Origin: an uncultured Oscillospiraceae bacterium
Lineage (GTDB): Bacteria; Bacillota; Clostridia; Christensenellales; Aristaeellaceae
Length of the DNA stretch: 59,395 nucleotides
Reading direction: 5' to 3'
Assembly (NCBI GenBank): GCA_964439755.1
Contig: CAYTPJ010000001.1
Coordinates: forward strand, 1 to 59,395
The translations under genes and the position numbers were made by a program. Shown here piece after piece: positions 33,724-43,985 of the stretch; position 1 is the stretch's first letter, and every line of letters starts with the position of its first letter. The notes beneath the pieces were generated by a model. The model saw only the letters and a program-made list of their open reading frames with translations, did not search any database and had not been told where the DNA came from.

Positions 33724-36411
33724 ATGATTGATTTTTTAAAGAAATTGCTGGGCTTTGGTAATGAAGCACAAGTAAAGCCTTTGCTCAAAAAAGCAGAGGA
33801 GATAGAAGCACTTGAAGAACAGTTTAAAGGGCTGACGGATGAACAGCTGAAAAATAAAACAAATGAGTTTAAAGAAAGATATAAAAAAGGGGAAACGCTC
33901 AATCAGCTTTTGCCAGAAGCTTTTGCTACTGTGCGTGAAGCGAGTGTGCGTTGCTTAAACATGCGCCCCTTTAAAGTACAGTTGGTGGGGGGCATTGTGC
34001 TCCATCAAGGGCGTATTGCTGAAATGAAAACAGGGGAAGGTAAAACACTCACGGCAACGCTCCCTGCGTATTTGAATGCGCTCACTGGAGAAGGCGTGCA
34101 CATCGTTACAGTCAATGATTATTTGGCGAAATACCAAGGGGAAGAAATGGGCAAGCTCTATCGCTTTTTAGGGATGAGCGTGGGCATTGTTGAACACGAC
34201 TTGGTGGGGCAAGAGAGAAAGAATGCTTACTTAGCAGACATCACATATGGCACCAACAATGAAATGGGCTTTGACTATTTGCGTGATAACATGGTGTTGT
34301 ATGAAAAAGATATGGTGCAAAGAGGGCATGCTTTTGCAATCGTAGACGAAGTTGACTCTATTTTGATTGATGAAGCGAGAACACCTCTGATCATCTCTGG
34401 TCAAGGGGATAAGAGCACAGATATGTATGAAAAGGCAGACCGTTTTGTGTCACGCCTTAAAAAAGAAGAAGATTATACAGTAGAAGAAAAGGACAAGGCA
34501 GTTACTTTTACAGAAAGTGGCGCTAAAAAAGCAGAAACAGCCTTTTCTGTTGAGAATTTATCTGACCCTGAAAACAACGATTTAAATCACTACTTAATCC
34601 AAGCTTTAAAAGCAAATGCGCTCATGAAAAGCGATGTGGACTATGTGGTGCAAAATGGTCAAGTGGTGATTGTAGATGAATTTACAGGCCGATTGATGGT
34701 GGGCAGACGTTTTTCAGACGGCTTACACCAAGCCATTGAAGCCAAAGAACATGTAAAAGTGGAAAGAGAAAGCAAAACGCTTGCCACCATTACTTTCCAA
34801 AATTATTTTAGAATGTATAAAAAACTGTCTGGTATGACAGGTACAGCAAAAACTGAAGAAGAAGAATTTAAAGGCATTTACAATTTAGACGTTGTGCAAA
34901 TCCCCACCAACATGCCCATGATTAGAAAAGATTTAAATGACGTGGTGTATAAGAGCAAAAAGGGTAAGTTCACAGCCGTTGCAGATGAAATTGTAAAACG
35001 TCACCAAACAGGGCAACCTGTGCTTGTGGGTACTGTGTCTGTTGAAGTGAGTGAATTGTTGTCCAACATGCTGAAAATGCGTGGGGTGGAGCACAATGTG
35101 CTCAACGCAAAGCACCATCAAAGAGAAGCAGAGATTGTAGCACAGGCAGGGCATTATGGCGCTGTCACCATTGCTACTAACATGGCAGGCCGTGGTACAG
35201 ATATTTTGCTGGGTGGTAACCCCGACTTTTTGGCTCGTCGCACACTGCGCCAAGAAGAAGTGTCGGATGAAATGATTGAGAGCGCAACAGGCTTTAATGA
35301 AGATGTGGATGATGATGTGCTCCAAGTGAGAAAGCATTATAGAGAGCTGAAAGCAGACTATAAAAAAACAGCAGATGCTGAAAGAGAGCGTGTGGTAAGC
35401 GCTGGAGGCTTACACATCATTGGTACAGAGCGCCATGAAAGCCGCCGTATTGACAATCAGTTAAGAGGGCGTGCAGGCCGTCAAGGGGATATAGGGTCTA
35501 CACAGTTCTTCATCGCTCTTGAAGATGATTTGATGCGCTTATTTGGTGGGGAAAGAATACAGCCCATCATTGCACGCTTGGGCATGGATGAAAATACACC
35601 CTTAGAAGCAGGGCTTTTAACACATCAGATTGAAAATGCGCAAAAACGTGTGGAAAGTAGAAACTACGAAATCAGAAAACACGTGCTCCAGTATGACGAT
35701 GTCATGAATCAGCAACGTGAAATCATTTATGGTCAAAGAAAGCAAGTGCTCAACGGCGAAGACATGCGCAATGTGATTTTGTCTATGGAAGAAAAATTGC
35801 TGGAAGATGCTGTGGCACGCTTTTGTTCTGGCGATGAAAATGATGGCTGGGATATCAACGGTTTGGAAGATTATCTTGAAAGATTGTGCTTGCAAACAGG
35901 GACGATTGAACACAATAAAGACTATGTTTTAAGTAGTTTAAAAGAAGATGTGCTGTCTTTCCTCAAAAAGGAAGGCAAACGCTTCTATGAACAAAGAGAA
36001 GAAGAAATTGCATCCATTGGCATTGACATGCGTGAGCTTGAAAGAGCAGTGCTCCTTCGCAGTGTAGACAGCAGATGGATGGATCACATTGATGCGATGG
36101 ATCAACTGCGTGATGGTATTGGTTTAAGAGCGTATGGGCAAAGAGACCCAGTCAATGAATACAAGCTCGAATCTTACGACATGTTTGAAGATATGGTGCA
36201 GTTGATCAGAGAAGATACTGTGCGTAAATTGTGCAAAATTCGCATTGAAAGAGCGCCTGAAAGAAAAGCTGTGGCGAGCCAAACGACTGTATCGCATGGC
36301 GAACAGGCAAAGCAAGCGTCAAAGCCTGTAAAAGTAGGCGAAAAAATCGGTCGCAACAGCCCTTGCCCTTGTGGCAGTGGTAAAAAATACAAAAACTGCT
36401 GTGGTAGATAA
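33724..36411 (+). CDS. secA: preprotein translocase ATPase SecA
   Basis: 895 aa. Motifs include MKTGEGKTL (Walker A), [29 protein letters not shown] and the C-terminal zinc finger [14 protein letters not shown]. Confidence 0.97.
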   Translation: MIDFLKKLLGFGNEAQVKPLLKKAEEIEALEEQFKGLTDEQLKNKTNEFKERYKKGETLNQLLPEAFATVREASVRCLNMRPFKVQLVGGIVLHQGRIAEMKTGEGKTLTATLPAYLNALTGEGVHIVTVNDYLAKYQGEEMGKLYRFLGMSVGIVEHDLVGQERKNAYLADITYGTNNEMGFDYLRDNMVLYEKDMVQRGHAFAIVDEVDSILIDEARTPLIISGQGDKSTDMYEKADRFVSRLKKEEDYTVEEKDKAVTFTESGAKKAETAFSVENLSDPENNDLNHYLIQALKANALMKSDVDYVVQNGQVVIVDEFTGRLMVGRRFSDGLHQAIEAKEHVKVERESKTLATITFQNYFRMYKKLSGMTGTAKTEEEEFKGIYNLDVVQIPTNMPMIRKDLNDVVYKSKKGKFTAVADEIVKRHQTGQPVLVGTVSVEVSELLSNMLKMRGVEHNVLNAKHHQREAEIVAQAGHYGAVTIATNMAGRGTDILLGGNPDFLARRTLRQEEVSDEMIESATGFNEDVDDDVLQVRKHYRELKADYKKTADAERERVVSAGGLHIIGTERHESRRIDNQLRGRAGRQGDIGSTQFFIALEDDLMRLFGGERIQPIIARLGMDENTPLEAGLLTHQIENAQKRVESRNYEIRKHVLQYDDVMNQQREIIYGQRKQVLNGEDMRNVILSMEEKLLEDAVARFCSGDENDGWDINGLEDYLERLCLQTGTIEHNKDYVLSSLKEDVLSFLKKEGKRFYEQREEEIASIGIDMRELERAVLLRSVDSRWMDHIDAMDQLRDGIGLRAYGQRDPVNEYKLESYDMFEDMVQLIREDTVRKLCKIRIERAPERKAVASQTTVSHGEQAKQASKPVKVGEKIGRNSPCPCGSGKKYKNCCGR

Positions 36412-36444
36412 TCATTAAAAAATAAGAAGTCGGGGGATAAACAC

Positions 36445-37548
36445 TTGATCGTTGAATTGCAACAATACACTCAAAAAATCGCAGAATTGCGTGACGAATT
36501 AAAGGAGATTGCAGGGGGCTTGCACCTTGAAGATATGGAAAAAGAGCTTCAAGAATTGCATGAAGAAATGGGCGCAGATGGGTTTTGGGATAACATTGAA
36601 CGCTCTACCCATGTAAACCGTAAAATATCCACCTTGGAAGGCAAAATCAAGCATTATAACAATTTGCTTAGCCAAGTGGATGATGTAGAAGTGATGATGG
36701 AATTAGCAGAAGAAGAAGATGACAACAGCATGGTGGAAGAAGCAGGCAACATGCTCTCTACCATTGAAACAGAAGTAGAAGCCTTATCTCTTGAAACACT
36801 CATGCGTGGTGAATATGACAGCAACAACGCCATTTTGTCTTTACACGCAGGGGCAGGTGGTACAGAAGCGCAAGACTGGACACAGATGCTTTACCGTATG
36901 TACACAAGATATTGCGAACGCTTGGGCTTTAAAGTGACTTTGCTTGACTTTTTAGAAGGAGACGATGCAGGCATTAAGTCCGTCACTTTTGAAGTGGATG
37001 GGGCAAACGCATATGGCTATTTGCGCAGTGAAAAAGGGGTGCACCGTTTGGTGCGTATCAGCCCTTTTGACTCGAATGCACGCCGTCACACCTCCTTTTC
37101 TTCTTTGGACGTGTCTCCTGTATTGGAAGATGATGACAATGAAATTGAAGTGAACATGAAGGATGTTCGTGTTGACACTTATCACGCCAGTGGTGCAGGT
37201 GGGCAGAACGTTAACAAAACAAGCTCAGCTGTGCGTATGACACACTTCCCAACAGGCATTGTGGTGGCATGCCAAACAGAGCGTGACCAAGTGCAAAATA
37301 GAGCAACCTGTTTAAAAATGCTGAAATCTAAATTGCTTGAAATCCGTGAACGTGAAAAGGAAGAACAGATGGAAGGCATTAAGGGCGAAATGAAAAAGAT
37401 TGAGTGGGGTAGCCAAATTCGCTCCTACGTGTTCCAACCCTACACCATGGTGAAAGACCATCGTACTGGCTTTGAATCGGGCAATATTGAAGATGTAATG
37501 GACGGCAATTTAGACGCATTTACAACAGCTTATTTAAAGATGATATGA
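36445..37548 (+). CDS. prfB: peptide chain release factor 2, encoded as one continuous frame with a TTG start
   Basis: SPF-region and GGQ motif (YHASGAGGQNVNKTSSAVR), plus GVHRLVRISPFD. The TTG at 36445 lies 8 nt after GGGGG. There is no in-frame UGA near codon 25-28. Confidence 0.9.
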   Translation: MIVELQQYTQKIAELRDELKEIAGGLHLEDMEKELQELHEEMGADGFWDNIERSTHVNRKISTLEGKIKHYNNLLSQVDDVEVMMELAEEEDDNSMVEEAGNMLSTIETEVEALSLETLMRGEYDSNNAILSLHAGAGGTEAQDWTQMLYRMYTRYCERLGFKVTLLDFLEGDDAGIKSVTFEVDGANAYGYLRSEKGVHRLVRISPFDSNARRHTSFSSLDVSPVLEDDDNEIEVNMKDVRVDTYHASGAGGQNVNKTSSAVRMTHFPTGIVVACQTERDQVQNRATCLKMLKSKLLEIREREKEEQMEGIKGEMKKIEWGSQIRSYVFQPYTMVKDHRTGFESGNIEDVMDGNLDAFTTAYLKMI

Positions 37549-38267
37549 GTTGTAAAAAGCGTATAGGTGCATGGTTTTTGATGTTTGTAGCACTTGTTGC
37601 TTTGACGCTTTCTTGTGTTGCCTTGCGTGTAAACCACATCAGCAAGGAAGAACATACGTATTTAGACCTGTTTAACAAGTATGCCAACACGCAAAATAAT
37701 GGCGTAGAAAAAAGCATGTACGCATCTTTAGCCACTGCACTCACAAGCTATTTTAAGGGAGAAATATCCTCCCCACAGTGCTTGGTGATCGCAAACAACA
37801 TAGAAACGCAAGCATTTAAAGCACATGAATTGGTGCATTTAGAGGATGTTCAAAAGCTTTTTTTGCTTATTCAAAAAATTGGGTACATCAGTCTGGCAGT
37901 GTTTTTCAGTGTGTTGTTTATATTTTTATTCTCATTTTTTTATAAAAAAAGTGCGTTTTTGCGCACAAACCTTGCAAAAATTTATAGACAAGCATTTTTG
38001 TGTTTTCTATGTTTGATTGCTTGCTTACTCCTATGGGCAATCTGCAATTTTGACGGTTTTTTTATCACCCTCCACAAAGTGTTTTTTACAAATGATTTGT
38101 GGTTGCTAAACCCTAACACAGATCTGCTCATTCAGCTCATGCCCACTGTGTTTTTTATACAGATGGCACAAAAAATAGTGCTTACATCCTTTGTGCCCCT
38201 TATGATGCTGTACATTTTGATGTTTGTATTTTGTTTAAATCAAAGAAAAAGAGGAAACGAAACATGA
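37545..38267 (+). CDS. integral membrane protein, TIGR01906/DUF1461-like (Lit-type lipoprotein transacylase family?)
   Basis: 240 aa with an N-terminal TM, a soluble loop and C-terminal TM segments. The motif FFTNDLWLLNPNTDLLIQLMPTVFF resembles the DUF1461 signature. ATGA overlaps occur at both ends. The family call is from memory. Confidence 0.5.
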   Translation: MSCKKRIGAWFLMFVALVALTLSCVALRVNHISKEEHTYLDLFNKYANTQNNGVEKSMYASLATALTSYFKGEISSPQCLVIANNIETQAFKAHELVHLEDVQKLFLLIQKIGYISLAVFFSVLFIFLFSFFYKKSAFLRTNLAKIYRQAFLCFLCLIACLLLWAICNFDGFFITLHKVFFTNDLWLLNPNTDLLIQLMPTVFFIQMAQKIVLTSFVPLMMLYILMFVFCLNQRKRGNET

Positions 38268-39328
38268 CGGTTTTTGAAGAAAAAATGATAGAAAAAGCTT
38301 CAGAACTTAAAAATAAAAAGGTCGTGCGCATTATGGCGATGGAAACATCCTGTGATGAAACGGCTGTTGCTATCGTTGAAAATGGTAGAAAAATATGTGC
38401 GTCTTGCGTTTACTCTCAAATTGATGTGCATGCCTTATATGGGGGTGTTGTACCTGAAATTGCGTCCAGAGCGCATGTTGAAAAGGTGGATGTGCTCGTT
38501 CAAGAGGCATTAAAAGAAGCAAACATGACCTTTGATGACGTGGATGCGTTCGCTGTCACATATGGCCCAGGGCTTGTGGGCGCACTTTTAACAGGTGTGA
38601 ACTATATGAAAGGGCTTGCGTATGCGCTTCAAAAGCCCTTGATTCCTGTGCACCATATAGAAGGGCATATTTGCGCAAACTTCTTAACGTATGAGCAATT
38701 AGAGCCTCCTTTTTTATGTTTGGTGGTGAGTGGGGGGCATTCACACATCTTTAGCGTGGATGCTTATGGCACATATTCGCTCGTGGGGCAAACGCAAGAT
38801 GATGCAGCAGGAGAAGCCTTTGATAAGGCAGCTCGTGTGCTCTCTTTGCCTTATCCTGGAGGCCCTCGTTTGGACAAACTGGCAGAGCTTGGGGATGACA
38901 GCTTTTTGCCCCTCCCCACCCCCAAAACAGAAGGGGTGTATGACTTTAGCTTTTCGGGGCTTAAAACGGCTTTTATAAATGCAGTGCACACAATGGATCA
39001 AAAAGGTGTAACATATAAAAAAGAAGATCTTGCCGCCTCTTTCCGTAAAAAAGTGGTGGATATACTTGTACAAAAAACAATGCATGCAGCGCAGGATAGG
39101 CAGGATACAAAGCTTGCGTTGGCAGGGGGTGTGTCAGCAAACTCTTTGCTTCGTGCACGTATGCAAGAAACGTGCGCACAACAAGATATTGCTTTTTTCA
39201 CGCCCAAGCTGTCCTTGTGTGGAGATAACGGCGCTATGATTGCATCTGCTGCATACTATCGTTTGTTAAAGGGTGAAATTGCCCCCTTGTCCTTAAATGC
39301 AGTGCCTTCGTGCCCGCTTTTTAAGTGA
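38264..39328 (+). CDS. tsaD: tRNA N6-adenosine threonylcarbamoyltransferase TsaD
   Basis: Motifs IMAMETSCDETAVAIV, VHHIEGHI and VVSGGHSH, plus the C-terminal GDNGAMIA. The start is chosen at the ATG at 38264 after AGAGGA. The conserved core begins about 24 codons later, so the true start could be internal. Confidence 0.9.
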   Translation: MTVFEEKMIEKASELKNKKVVRIMAMETSCDETAVAIVENGRKICASCVYSQIDVHALYGGVVPEIASRAHVEKVDVLVQEALKEANMTFDDVDAFAVTYGPGLVGALLTGVNYMKGLAYALQKPLIPVHHIEGHICANFLTYEQLEPPFLCLVVSGGHSHIFSVDAYGTYSLVGQTQDDAAGEAFDKAARVLSLPYPGGPRLDKLAELGDDSFLPLPTPKTEGVYDFSFSGLKTAFINAVHTMDQKGVTYKKEDLAASFRKKVVDILVQKTMHAAQDRQDTKLALAGGVSANSLLRARMQETCAQQDIAFFTPKLSLCGDNGAMIASAAYYRLLKGEIAPLSLNAVPSCPLFK

Positions 39329-39386
39329 TGATTTACTTTGTTTAGAAAGATGTAACAAGCACCAAAGCATTTTGATTTACATGTTT

Positions 39387-39421
39387 TAAAGACTTTTTTA
39401 ATCCTGAAAGAGTCTTTTTTT
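39387..39421 (+). terminator. rho-independent terminator after tsaD
   Basis: Stem AAAGACTTTT / AAAGAGTCTTT (one bulge) followed by a 7-nt T-run (39415-39421). Confidence 0.7.
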
Positions 39422-39532
39422 AAGCGAAAAAAAACAATAGAAATAATTAAAAACAACTACATATGTGGTGTGTATTAGGAAAACATATCTACGTATATGA
39501 TCAAATGTTGAAAAATAAATTCTAAAAAACAC

Positions 39533-39561
39533 TTGACAAATACAATATATAGTGTAATAAT
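39533..39561 (+). promoter_or_regulatory. sigma-A-type nrdJ promoter with an overlapping AT-rich palindrome (NrdR-box-like)
   Basis: TTGACA (39533-39538), a 17-nt spacer, then TGtAATAAT (extended -10, 39553-39561). The spacer contains TACAATATATAGTGTA (39541-39556), which is palindromic at 14 of 16 positions. Confidence 0.55.
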
Positions 39562-39605
39562 ATATAAGGTTCTCGACATATTGTAGAAAAGAGGAAAAGA
39601 GAAAA

Positions 39606-41873
39606 ATGACGATTTCAGAATGGCTTGGGCAAGAAAACGTACTGGGCATGGACATTTTTAATAAGAAATATGTGTTTGAAAATGAAGATTTTGAAGCATG
39701 GTTAGATAGAATGGCGCAAGGAAATGAGGAAATCAAAGCGCTTATTAAGCAAAAAAAGTTCCTTTTTGGGGGGCGCATTTTGGCGAACCGTGGGCTTGAA
39801 AAAGTGGGTCGCAAAATCACACTTTCTAACTGCTATGTGGTAGCCCCTCCTGAAGATAATATCGAGGATATTTTTGAATGTGCTAAAAAGTTAGCCAAAA
39901 CATATAGCTATGGTGGGGGCTGTGGCGTGGATATTTCACGTTTAAGCCCTCGTGGTGCACGTGTAAACAACGCTGCAAAGGAAACATCTGGCGCAGTGTC
40001 CTTTATGGATTTATATGCAACAGTGACAAGCCTAATTGGGCAAAATGGCCGTAGAGGCGCACTCATGATTTCTTTAAAGTGTGATCACCCAGATATTGAG
40101 GAGTTCATCAATTTAAAGACAGACTTGAATAAGGCAACAAAGGCAAATATTTCTGTGCGCATTGATGATGCTTTTATGGAAGCAGTGAAAAATGACGAAG
40201 ATTATCGTTTGCATTATACAAGAGAAGCAACAGGCGAAACAGTTGAAAAAATTGTAAAAGCAAGAAAGATTTTTAGACGTCTTGCAGAAACAAACTGGGA
40301 TTACGCAGAGCCAGGCGCCCTCTTTTGGGATAGAATTGAAAACTGGAATTTGCTCAGCAATACAGACGAATTTCACTATGAAGGGGTAAACCCTTGTGCA
40401 GAAGAACCCTTACCAGCAGGGGGGAGTTGCTTGCTTGGGAGCATCAACCTTTCAGAGTTTGTGGACAATGCTTTTTTGGAAAACGCTTCTTTTAACGAAG
40501 AAAGCTTTAAAGCATGTGTAATTTCTTCTGTGCGTGCAATGAATGAAGTGCTGGACGAAGGTTTGCCTTTACATCCTCTTTTAGAACAGCAAGAGAGCGT
40601 GAGAAACTGGCGCCAAATTGGTTTGGGCATTATGGGGCTGGCAGATATGTTGCTCAAATTGGGCATCACTTATGGCAGTGAAGAAGGCGCAAAATTCTGC
40701 GACAAGGTGGGCTTTATCATGGCAGATACAGCAATTAAAGCCTCTGCTTTGCTTGCAAAAGAATATGGTGCATATCCCAAATGCAACATTGAAGAAGTGA
40801 TGACAACACCCTTTTTCATTCATAATACATCTGAAGAAACAAGAAAAACAGTGGCTCAATACGGGCTTAGAAATAGCCAAATTTTGACCATTGCGCCCAC
40901 AGGCACATTGTCTACCATGTTGGGTATTTCAGGGGGCATTGAACCTGTGTATGCAAACTATTATATGCGCAAAACAGAGTCTTTGCACGATAAAGATGTG
41001 TACTACAAGGTATATACCAAGATTGTAGAAGACTATATGAAACAGCATGATATTTTGGACGATAGCGATTTGCCTGCGCACTTTGTTACAGCGATGACAT
41101 TGGGGTATAAAGACAGGATTTTGATGCAGTCAGCATGGCAAAAGCACATTGATGCGTCCATCAGCTCTACGGTCAATGTACCCAATGATTTTACCATTGA
41201 AGATACAGAAGATTTATACACATATGCGCATGAAATGGGCTTAAAGGGTGTAACGTTGTATCGTGATGGTTGCAGACGTTCGGGCGTTTTAATTCAAGAA
41301 CCCAAGAAAAAAGAAAAAGAAGATGAGGCGAAAGACACCACAGAATTAAAGCGTGGCGAAATCATCTCTATTCATGACCAAGTGATAGGGAAAAAGAGAA
41401 AGCTGATGACAGGGTGTGGAAGCTTGCACTGCATTGCGATGTTTGCACCTAAAACGGGCGCATTGCAAGAGTTGTATTTGAGCAAAGGGTCAACAGGGGG
41501 TTGCAACAACTTCATGATTGGCTTGAGCCGTATGATTTCAATTAGTGCACGTGGTGGATTAGACATTCAAACAATAGTCGATCAGCTCAGCTCCACAGGC
41601 ACATGTCCTTCATACAGCGTGCGCCGTGCTACCAAAAAGGATACTTCCAAGGGGAGTTGTTGCCCCATGGCTGTGGGCAATGCACTGCTGGATATGTACA
41701 ACGAAGTGCAAAGAGAGTTGGGGCAAGGTTTCCATCAAGGGGAAGTGCAAGAAGTGGCAGAAGATGATTTGCTTTATTCTCAGCGCAAACATTGCCCTGA
41801 ATGTGGCGAAACATTGATATTTGAAGGGGGCTGCAACATCTGCAAAAATTGTGGATGGAGTAAGTGCACCTAA
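39606..41873 (+). CDS. nrdJ: adenosylcobalamin-dependent ribonucleotide reductase (class II)
   Basis: 755 aa. Motifs include VNPCAEEPLPAGGSCLLGSINL (active-site Cys loop), SNCYV, and the C-terminal zinc ribbon CPECGETLIFEGGCNICKNCGWSKC. Confidence 0.85.
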   Translation: MTISEWLGQENVLGMDIFNKKYVFENEDFEAWLDRMAQGNEEIKALIKQKKFLFGGRILANRGLEKVGRKITLSNCYVVAPPEDNIEDIFECAKKLAKTYSYGGGCGVDISRLSPRGARVNNAAKETSGAVSFMDLYATVTSLIGQNGRRGALMISLKCDHPDIEEFINLKTDLNKATKANISVRIDDAFMEAVKNDEDYRLHYTREATGETVEKIVKARKIFRRLAETNWDYAEPGALFWDRIENWNLLSNTDEFHYEGVNPCAEEPLPAGGSCLLGSINLSEFVDNAFLENASFNEESFKACVISSVRAMNEVLDEGLPLHPLLEQQESVRNWRQIGLGIMGLADMLLKLGITYGSEEGAKFCDKVGFIMADTAIKASALLAKEYGAYPKCNIEEVMTTPFFIHNTSEETRKTVAQYGLRNSQILTIAPTGTLSTMLGISGGIEPVYANYYMRKTESLHDKDVYYKVYTKIVEDYMKQHDILDDSDLPAHFVTAMTLGYKDRILMQSAWQKHIDASISSTVNVPNDFTIEDTEDLYTYAHEMGLKGVTLYRDGCRRSGVLIQEPKKKEKEDEAKDTTELKRGEIISIHDQVIGKKRKLMTGCGSLHCIAMFAPKTGALQELYLSKGSTGGCNNFMIGLSRMISISARGGLDIQTIVDQLSSTGTCPSYSVRRATKKDTSKGSCCPMAVGNALLDMYNEVQRELGQGFHQGEVQEVAEDDLLYSQRKHCPECGETLIFEGGCNICKNCGWSKCT

Positions 41874-41883
41874 TGAAAAAAAG

Positions 41884-41913
41884 AAAGGGGCTGTTTCTGT
41901 ACAGTCCCTTTTT
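41884..41913 (+). terminator. rho-independent terminator after nrdJ
   Basis: 11-bp stem AAAGGGGCTGT / ACAGTCCCTTT (one G-U pair), a 6-nt loop, then a T-run. Confidence 0.75.
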
Positions 41914-41930
41914 AAAAGGAGAAAAACGAT

Positions 41931-42884
41931 ATGACAACGTATGTGCAGGATAATTATGACTTGTTTGAATGCCAAAAGGATGATTGTAAACACAATTGCT
42001 GTATTGGTTGGGAAATAGATGTGGACGAAAAAACGCTCCAAAAATACAGCGCTCTAAAGGGAAACTTTAAAGAAAGATTGGATCAGAACATTTCTTTAGA
42101 GGGCACACCACATTTTCAGTTGCAAAAAGGAGATAGATGCCCTTTTTTAAACGAACAAGGTTTGTGCGACATCATCACAGAGCTTGGAGAAGATTATTTG
42201 TGTGAAATATGTGATTTGCACCCTCGTTTTGTGCACACATACAGTTCGAGAAAAGAAATAGGGTTGGGGCTTTGCTGCGAAGAAGTGGCGCATCTTTTGC
42301 TTGCAAAAGAAACACCCTTTTCCCTTGTGAAAATCAAAGAAGATGCACAACACAAAAAAATCAAGGACAAAGAAAAACTATTCTTTGCCCTTAGAAAACA
42401 TATTTTTTCAATTGTACAAGATAGGAGTATGCCTTTTGCTCATCGTGTAGAAAAATTACAAGCATACTGCAATCGCCCTGAAATGCTCTCTGTGTTTGAT
42501 TATGCAGTTTTTTATCAAACGCTTGAAATGTTAGACCCTGCTTGGAAAACAATGCTCCAAAATTTAGAAAAGTGTGAACAGGATGCGCATTGTACATCAA
42601 GCTTTACCTTTCATGGAGAAAGCTATGATATTGTGCTTGAACAATTGCTTTGCGCTTTTTTATTCAGGCACTTAACCAATTGCATGGAGGGTATGTATTT
42701 AACACCTGCTGTTTTGTTTTCCATTTTAAGCGTTCAAATGATCGATGCATTGATACGTTGCCATGTATTAGAACATAAAAATATAACGATTGAAGATACA
42801 GCACAAATCATTCGTGCGTATTCATCAGAGATTGAGTATTCCACTCAAAATGTGGATGAAATTATGCAAAAACTCTGTGAATAA
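41931..42884 (+). CDS. Cys-rich FliB/YkgJ-like protein (flagellin lysine-N-methylase family-like)
   Basis: N-terminal FECQKDDCKHNCCIGWEIDVD...RCPFLNEQGLCDI...CEICDLHPRF matches the CxxCxxCC zinc/iron-chelating pattern of this family. No flagellar genes are nearby. Confidence 0.5.
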   Translation: MTTYVQDNYDLFECQKDDCKHNCCIGWEIDVDEKTLQKYSALKGNFKERLDQNISLEGTPHFQLQKGDRCPFLNEQGLCDIITELGEDYLCEICDLHPRFVHTYSSRKEIGLGLCCEEVAHLLLAKETPFSLVKIKEDAQHKKIKDKEKLFFALRKHIFSIVQDRSMPFAHRVEKLQAYCNRPEMLSVFDYAVFYQTLEMLDPAWKTMLQNLEKCEQDAHCTSSFTFHGESYDIVLEQLLCAFLFRHLTNCMEGMYLTPAVLFSILSVQMIDALIRCHVLEHKNITIEDTAQIIRAYSSEIEYSTQNVDEIMQKLCE

Positions 42885-42886
42885 AA

Positions 42887-43972
42887 TTATTTGGAAGTAG
42901 CGCCCATAGAATGCGCATAGGGCTTCATACCTTCTGTCATGTGCACCGTTCTGTCGTTAAACACCCACAGGGCTTCTACACCTTTTAATGATTTCACAAG
43001 CTCTAATCCTTCTTCATAGGGGAGCAAGAACAATTCAGTAGATAAAAAGTCTGCATACATAGAGTTTTCTGCAACAACAGTTACAGAACGGAAAAAATTA
43101 GCAGGCATGAGTGTTTGAGGGGAAATCAAATGGTGATAGCGAACGCCGTCCACTTCGTAATATCTTTGATAATCGCCACTTGTTACAACGGATAAATCAG
43201 TTAAAAAAAGTGTATCCATAAGCGCAGAGGTGTTGAGCACGTCACTATCGGGGTCTTGTATGCCAACACCCCATTTTTTTCGACCATCTAAAGGCATGTT
43301 GCCAGCACGTACATTGCCCCCTGCACTGATGATGAAGCTTTTCATATCAGATTTTAAGAGGTATTGCGCAGCTCTTTCAGCTGTGTATCCCTTTGCAACA
43401 GCGCCTAAATCAAGCTGTAAAAGAGGGTCTGTAAAGAACACAGTTTTGTCTTTTTCATTTAAAACCACTTTTTCTATATCAGAGGAAAGGTGCGCAATTT
43501 GCAGTTCATCCAGTGTGGGCAAATGTGCGTTTTGAGGATTTTCTATCCCTTGATCTCTGTAATCATGCCACACGTTAAACACAGCGCCCATGGCGATGTT
43601 TACACTGCTAAAAAGCCCTTCTGTTTGCCTTGTTTTGCACCATGTGAGCAAGTCAAACAGCTCATCATGCACTTTAACAGGTGCTTCGCCTGCTTTTAAA
43701 TTGAGCGCATATAAATTTTCAACACCATCATAAGCGTTGTACTTGTCAAACACTTTGTGGTCAAACTCAAATATTTTTTGCACTTCATTAAAATGCTTTT
43801 TAAAGGCTTCTTCAGTAGGTGCAAACCCAATCACAGTGACCACTGTGTCAAAGGTACCAAAAAAAGAAGAATTATATTTGTTGTAGACCACATTTTCTTT
43901 TTGTGCGCATCCCCCCATAGAAAAAAGGAAGGTAAGGAGCACAAGCACGCTCAGCAATTTTTTCTTGAACAT
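42887..43972 (-). CDS. apbE: FAD:protein FMN transferase (ApbE family) lipoprotein
   Basis: The start is set at the ATG at 43970-43972 (MFKKKLLSVLVLLTFLFSMGG|C lipobox) after GAGGAG. ApbE motifs are present: FGTFDTVVTV, DLGAVAKGY, IISAGGNV, VVTSGDYQRYY, HHLISPQT. Confidence 0.85.
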   Translation of the reverse strand: MFKKKLLSVLVLLTFLFSMGGCAQKENVVYNKYNSSFFGTFDTVVTVIGFAPTEEAFKKHFNEVQKIFEFDHKVFDKYNAYDGVENLYALNLKAGEAPVKVHDELFDLLTWCKTRQTEGLFSSVNIAMGAVFNVWHDYRDQGIENPQNAHLPTLDELQIAHLSSDIEKVVLNEKDKTVFFTDPLLQLDLGAVAKGYTAERAAQYLLKSDMKSFIISAGGNVRAGNMPLDGRKKWGVGIQDPDSDVLNTSALMDTLFLTDLSVVTSGDYQRYYEVDGVRYHHLISPQTLMPANFFRSVTVVAENSMYADFLSTELFLLPYEEGLELVKSLKGVEALWVFNDRTVHMTEGMKPYAHSMGATSK

Positions 43973-43985
43973 TTTTTTCTCCTCA

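Noticed and set aside
39329-39605. Cobalamin riboswitch upstream of nrdJ
   Set aside because: The region is AT-rich with no B12-box-like GC-rich core. In addition, B12 riboswitches normally control B12-independent isozymes or transporters, not the B12-dependent enzyme.
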